This document shows, one piece after another, positions 62,050 through 64,000 of a DNA stretch of 64,000 nucleotides. The stretch's first letter is position 1; every line of letters begins with the position of its first letter. Made by a program: the position numbers and the translations under genes. The notes under the pieces are model-generated. The model saw nothing but the letters and a program-made list of their open reading frames with translations, was not told where the DNA came from and did not search any database. The DNA lies in assembly GCF_009914755.1 (NCBI RefSeq), contig NC_060947.1; one strand, written 5' to 3'. Source of the stretch: the human T2T-CHM13v2.0 reference genome, Homo sapiens.

Positions 62050-62571
62050 AGTTGCCTGGTAGAGGCACGTGTTGTTGGAGAAAAGTGAGATAACTCACAT
62101 CTGTATTTAGACTTAAATATGGGTACACTGGCTCAGAAGGATTTTCGATAAGACATACAAAATATCCAGTATTGGTGAAGGCTGGGAGACAACAGAATGA
62201 ATGACTGATTGGGGTAGCCATGGGGAATGCCTTGGGGGAAACACCCTTCTAAGCCATGTGACACACCACAATTAAACTAGGAGAGACAAAGAAGGGTGAG
62301 AGGTCACTTTGGAATGACCCTTATTGGTGTTGAGGAAGCTCTCCTTTTTCTCTAACCAGACCATTTAGACTCCTCTGTACCCTGTCCCTCCCCGCATGGA
62401 ATTGTCAGGAGTGGTGCTTTGTGATGTGTAAGCCATGAAATTGTCAGGAGTGTTGCCTGGTGATGTCTAAGCCACCCCAGGGCTACCACTGGCAGAGTAA
62501 TTTCTTGCTGGCCAATCAAACTGAAGAATGTGGAATCTCATTGTCCTGAGGAGTATATATAGAGAGAGATC
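62050..62571 (+). promoter_or_regulatory. SPANX-type promoter: TATATATA at 62554-62561, CCAAT at ~62512, duplicated GTGATGT-AAGCCA element
   Basis: Colinear similarity to SPANX-A upstream DNA 25950-26420, e.g. ggtgaaggctgggagacaacagaatgaat vs ggtgagggctggaagacaaaagaatgaat and aagccaccccagggctaccactggc vs aagccaccctagggctgccattggc. Confidence 0.8.
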
Positions 62572-63303
62572 ATGAGGCCTGGAGTAGGCTACTGTTGCTC
62601 TAGGGTGGCAGGGGTTAGGGAAAAATCAGGAGAGGCTGTAGGCTACTGTTCATCTAGGATGGCAGAGTTTAGTGAAGAAGAGGAAGACACTGTACGCTAC
62701 TGTTGTTCTACAATAGAAGATGTTCCTGAAGAAATAAAAGAGGCTATAGCCTACTTTTGCTCTAAGATGGCGGAGATTAACAAGGAGCCAGAAGGGAATA
62801 TAGGCCACCATTGCTACGTTATCCCAAAGGTTACCGAGGAAGTAGGAGAAGCTAGTTCAGACATGCCTGAACCATCCACAAGCACAAGCCAAGAAAATCC
62901 CAGCATGAAATGGAGAAAGAAAACTACTTGTGAAGCTAAAGAAGGTGAAACTGACGAGGTCAGATATCCCTAATTATGTGACTCTTCCTCCCCATTGATA
63001 CCTAACCCAAGATTCCTACCTTGTCCTTATCTGGCACAAAATCTTTCCTCAACCTGTACACATCATCACAAAATCTCCCTTTCCACACATTCCCCATCCA
63101 CTTCTCCAAATTAATGTCTCTTTTGGCTCACTCTGTTTTTCTTCCAGTTGTTGAAGGCAGCAAAGAAGATAAGATCATTTGTTCAGCAGAATTCAGAAAG
63201 ACGTAAAGCGGGGAAAAAGTCAACTGTATTAATTTTTTATTACCACAGTAATAAAAAAAGGGATGAAAATCAGCCAAATGAGGATGAAGACAGCCACGAG
63301 TAA
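62572..63303 (+). CDS. Diverged two-exon SPANX-family protein: exon 1 62572 (or 62659)-62958, intron 62959-63147, exon 2 63148-63303; 180 aa (151 aa from ATG 62659)
   Basis: Phase-0 donor GAG|GTCAGA and acceptor tttttcttccag|TTG. Exon 2 translates LLKAAKKIRSFVQQNSERRKAGKKSTVLIFYYHSNKKRDENQPNEDEDSHE*, aligning with the SPANX [14 protein letters not shown] core. ATTAAA at 63433-63438; the 3' flank is homologous to the SPANX-A 3' flank. Translation is unproven and it could be a transcribed pseudogene. Confidence 0.65.
62581..62850 (+). repeat. 5 x 54-bp degenerate in-frame tandem repeat (18-aa unit)
   Basis: Units at 62581, 62635, 62689, 62743, 62797: GVGYCCSRVAGVREKSGE / AVGYCSSRMAEFSEEEED / TVRYCCSTIEDVPEEIKE / AIAYFCSKMAEINKEPEG / NIGHHCYVIPKVTEEVGE. 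Confidence 0.9.
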
Positions 63304-64000
63304 TCTCCCACCTCAAGTGATTCTGAGAGCTCATCAGAAGACCAAGACCTATCTCGTCTCTAGCTTAACCTCTAGAAATGGTCTCCTGTGCAGAGAAACT
63401 ACATATTGCACCAAGATTCTTGGATGTTGGTGATTAAAATTCAACCAAAAGATTTTGAAAAGTTCTGTATATCTCTGTGGTGTTTTCTAATAATGGAGAG
63501 GGAGGGAAAGAAGGGGAAGAGCATGTGTATGAGGAGGGAGGGAGTTGAGAACCTTCCAGGTTGTGAGACAGGCTGGTAGCCACAGTTAGCCAGACATTGG
63601 GATTAAGGACTAGATGAGGAACGAGCACTGAAGACAAATTTCCTGCTTAATAATTTATTCCACAGTAAAAGAGGAAAAGGAATTGGTGTTTCTGTGTGTG
63701 TGGGAGGGTGTAGATAGGGAGAGTTGTGATGTGTATGGGGTGGTAGTATGCAACAATGGGTTTGATTCCGTTTTTGATGTTTGTCTGCCGCCAGATTTTA
63801 AGCTTCATCTCATTCCCTTCTCCTACCCCACATCTGATCAAGCTGATAAAAACAACTGGAGAGTTACTGAATTTAAAATGGAAATGAACAGATATGCCCA
63901 GCCTCAACTATTTTAATTATTCCCTTGCCTAAAATCCCCATATCCATGGCATCAATTCTTTCCAAATATCCCCTACTGATCATGGACAATCTAACCTAAT

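Noticed and set aside
62581-62850. Regular repeats as a CRISPR-like array
   Set aside because: Contiguous degenerate in-frame tandem units with no unique spacers, in mammalian DNA.

Overview
Human (or very close primate) genomic DNA from the Xq27 SPANX cancer/testis gene cluster; about two thirds is interspersed repeat (L1, Alu, ERV1/MaLR LTRs, L2, MIR). The main structure is a large inverted repeat: arms 9283-21976 and 25916-38594 (~12.7 kb each) around a 3.9 kb spacer. It carries two divergently transcribed, two-exon 97-codon SPANX-A genes (minus-strand copy probably SPANXA1, plus-strand copy probably SPANXA2). The plus-strand copy has TT in place of the GT splice donor, and the copies differ at codon 59 (GTG/TTT). 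A 27-bp direct repeat at the inner junction and a step in arm divergence suggest the palindrome was built in two stages, with the gene captured late by template switching. The most notable find is a highly diverged, apparently intact two-exon SPANX-family gene at ~61950-63600. It has a homologous promoter, a 189-bp LTR-free intron, a SPANX-like exon 2 and 3' flank, and an N-terminal 5 x 18-aa Cys/acidic repeat. All alignments and mismatch counts were done by eye, and repeat subfamily names come from recall.
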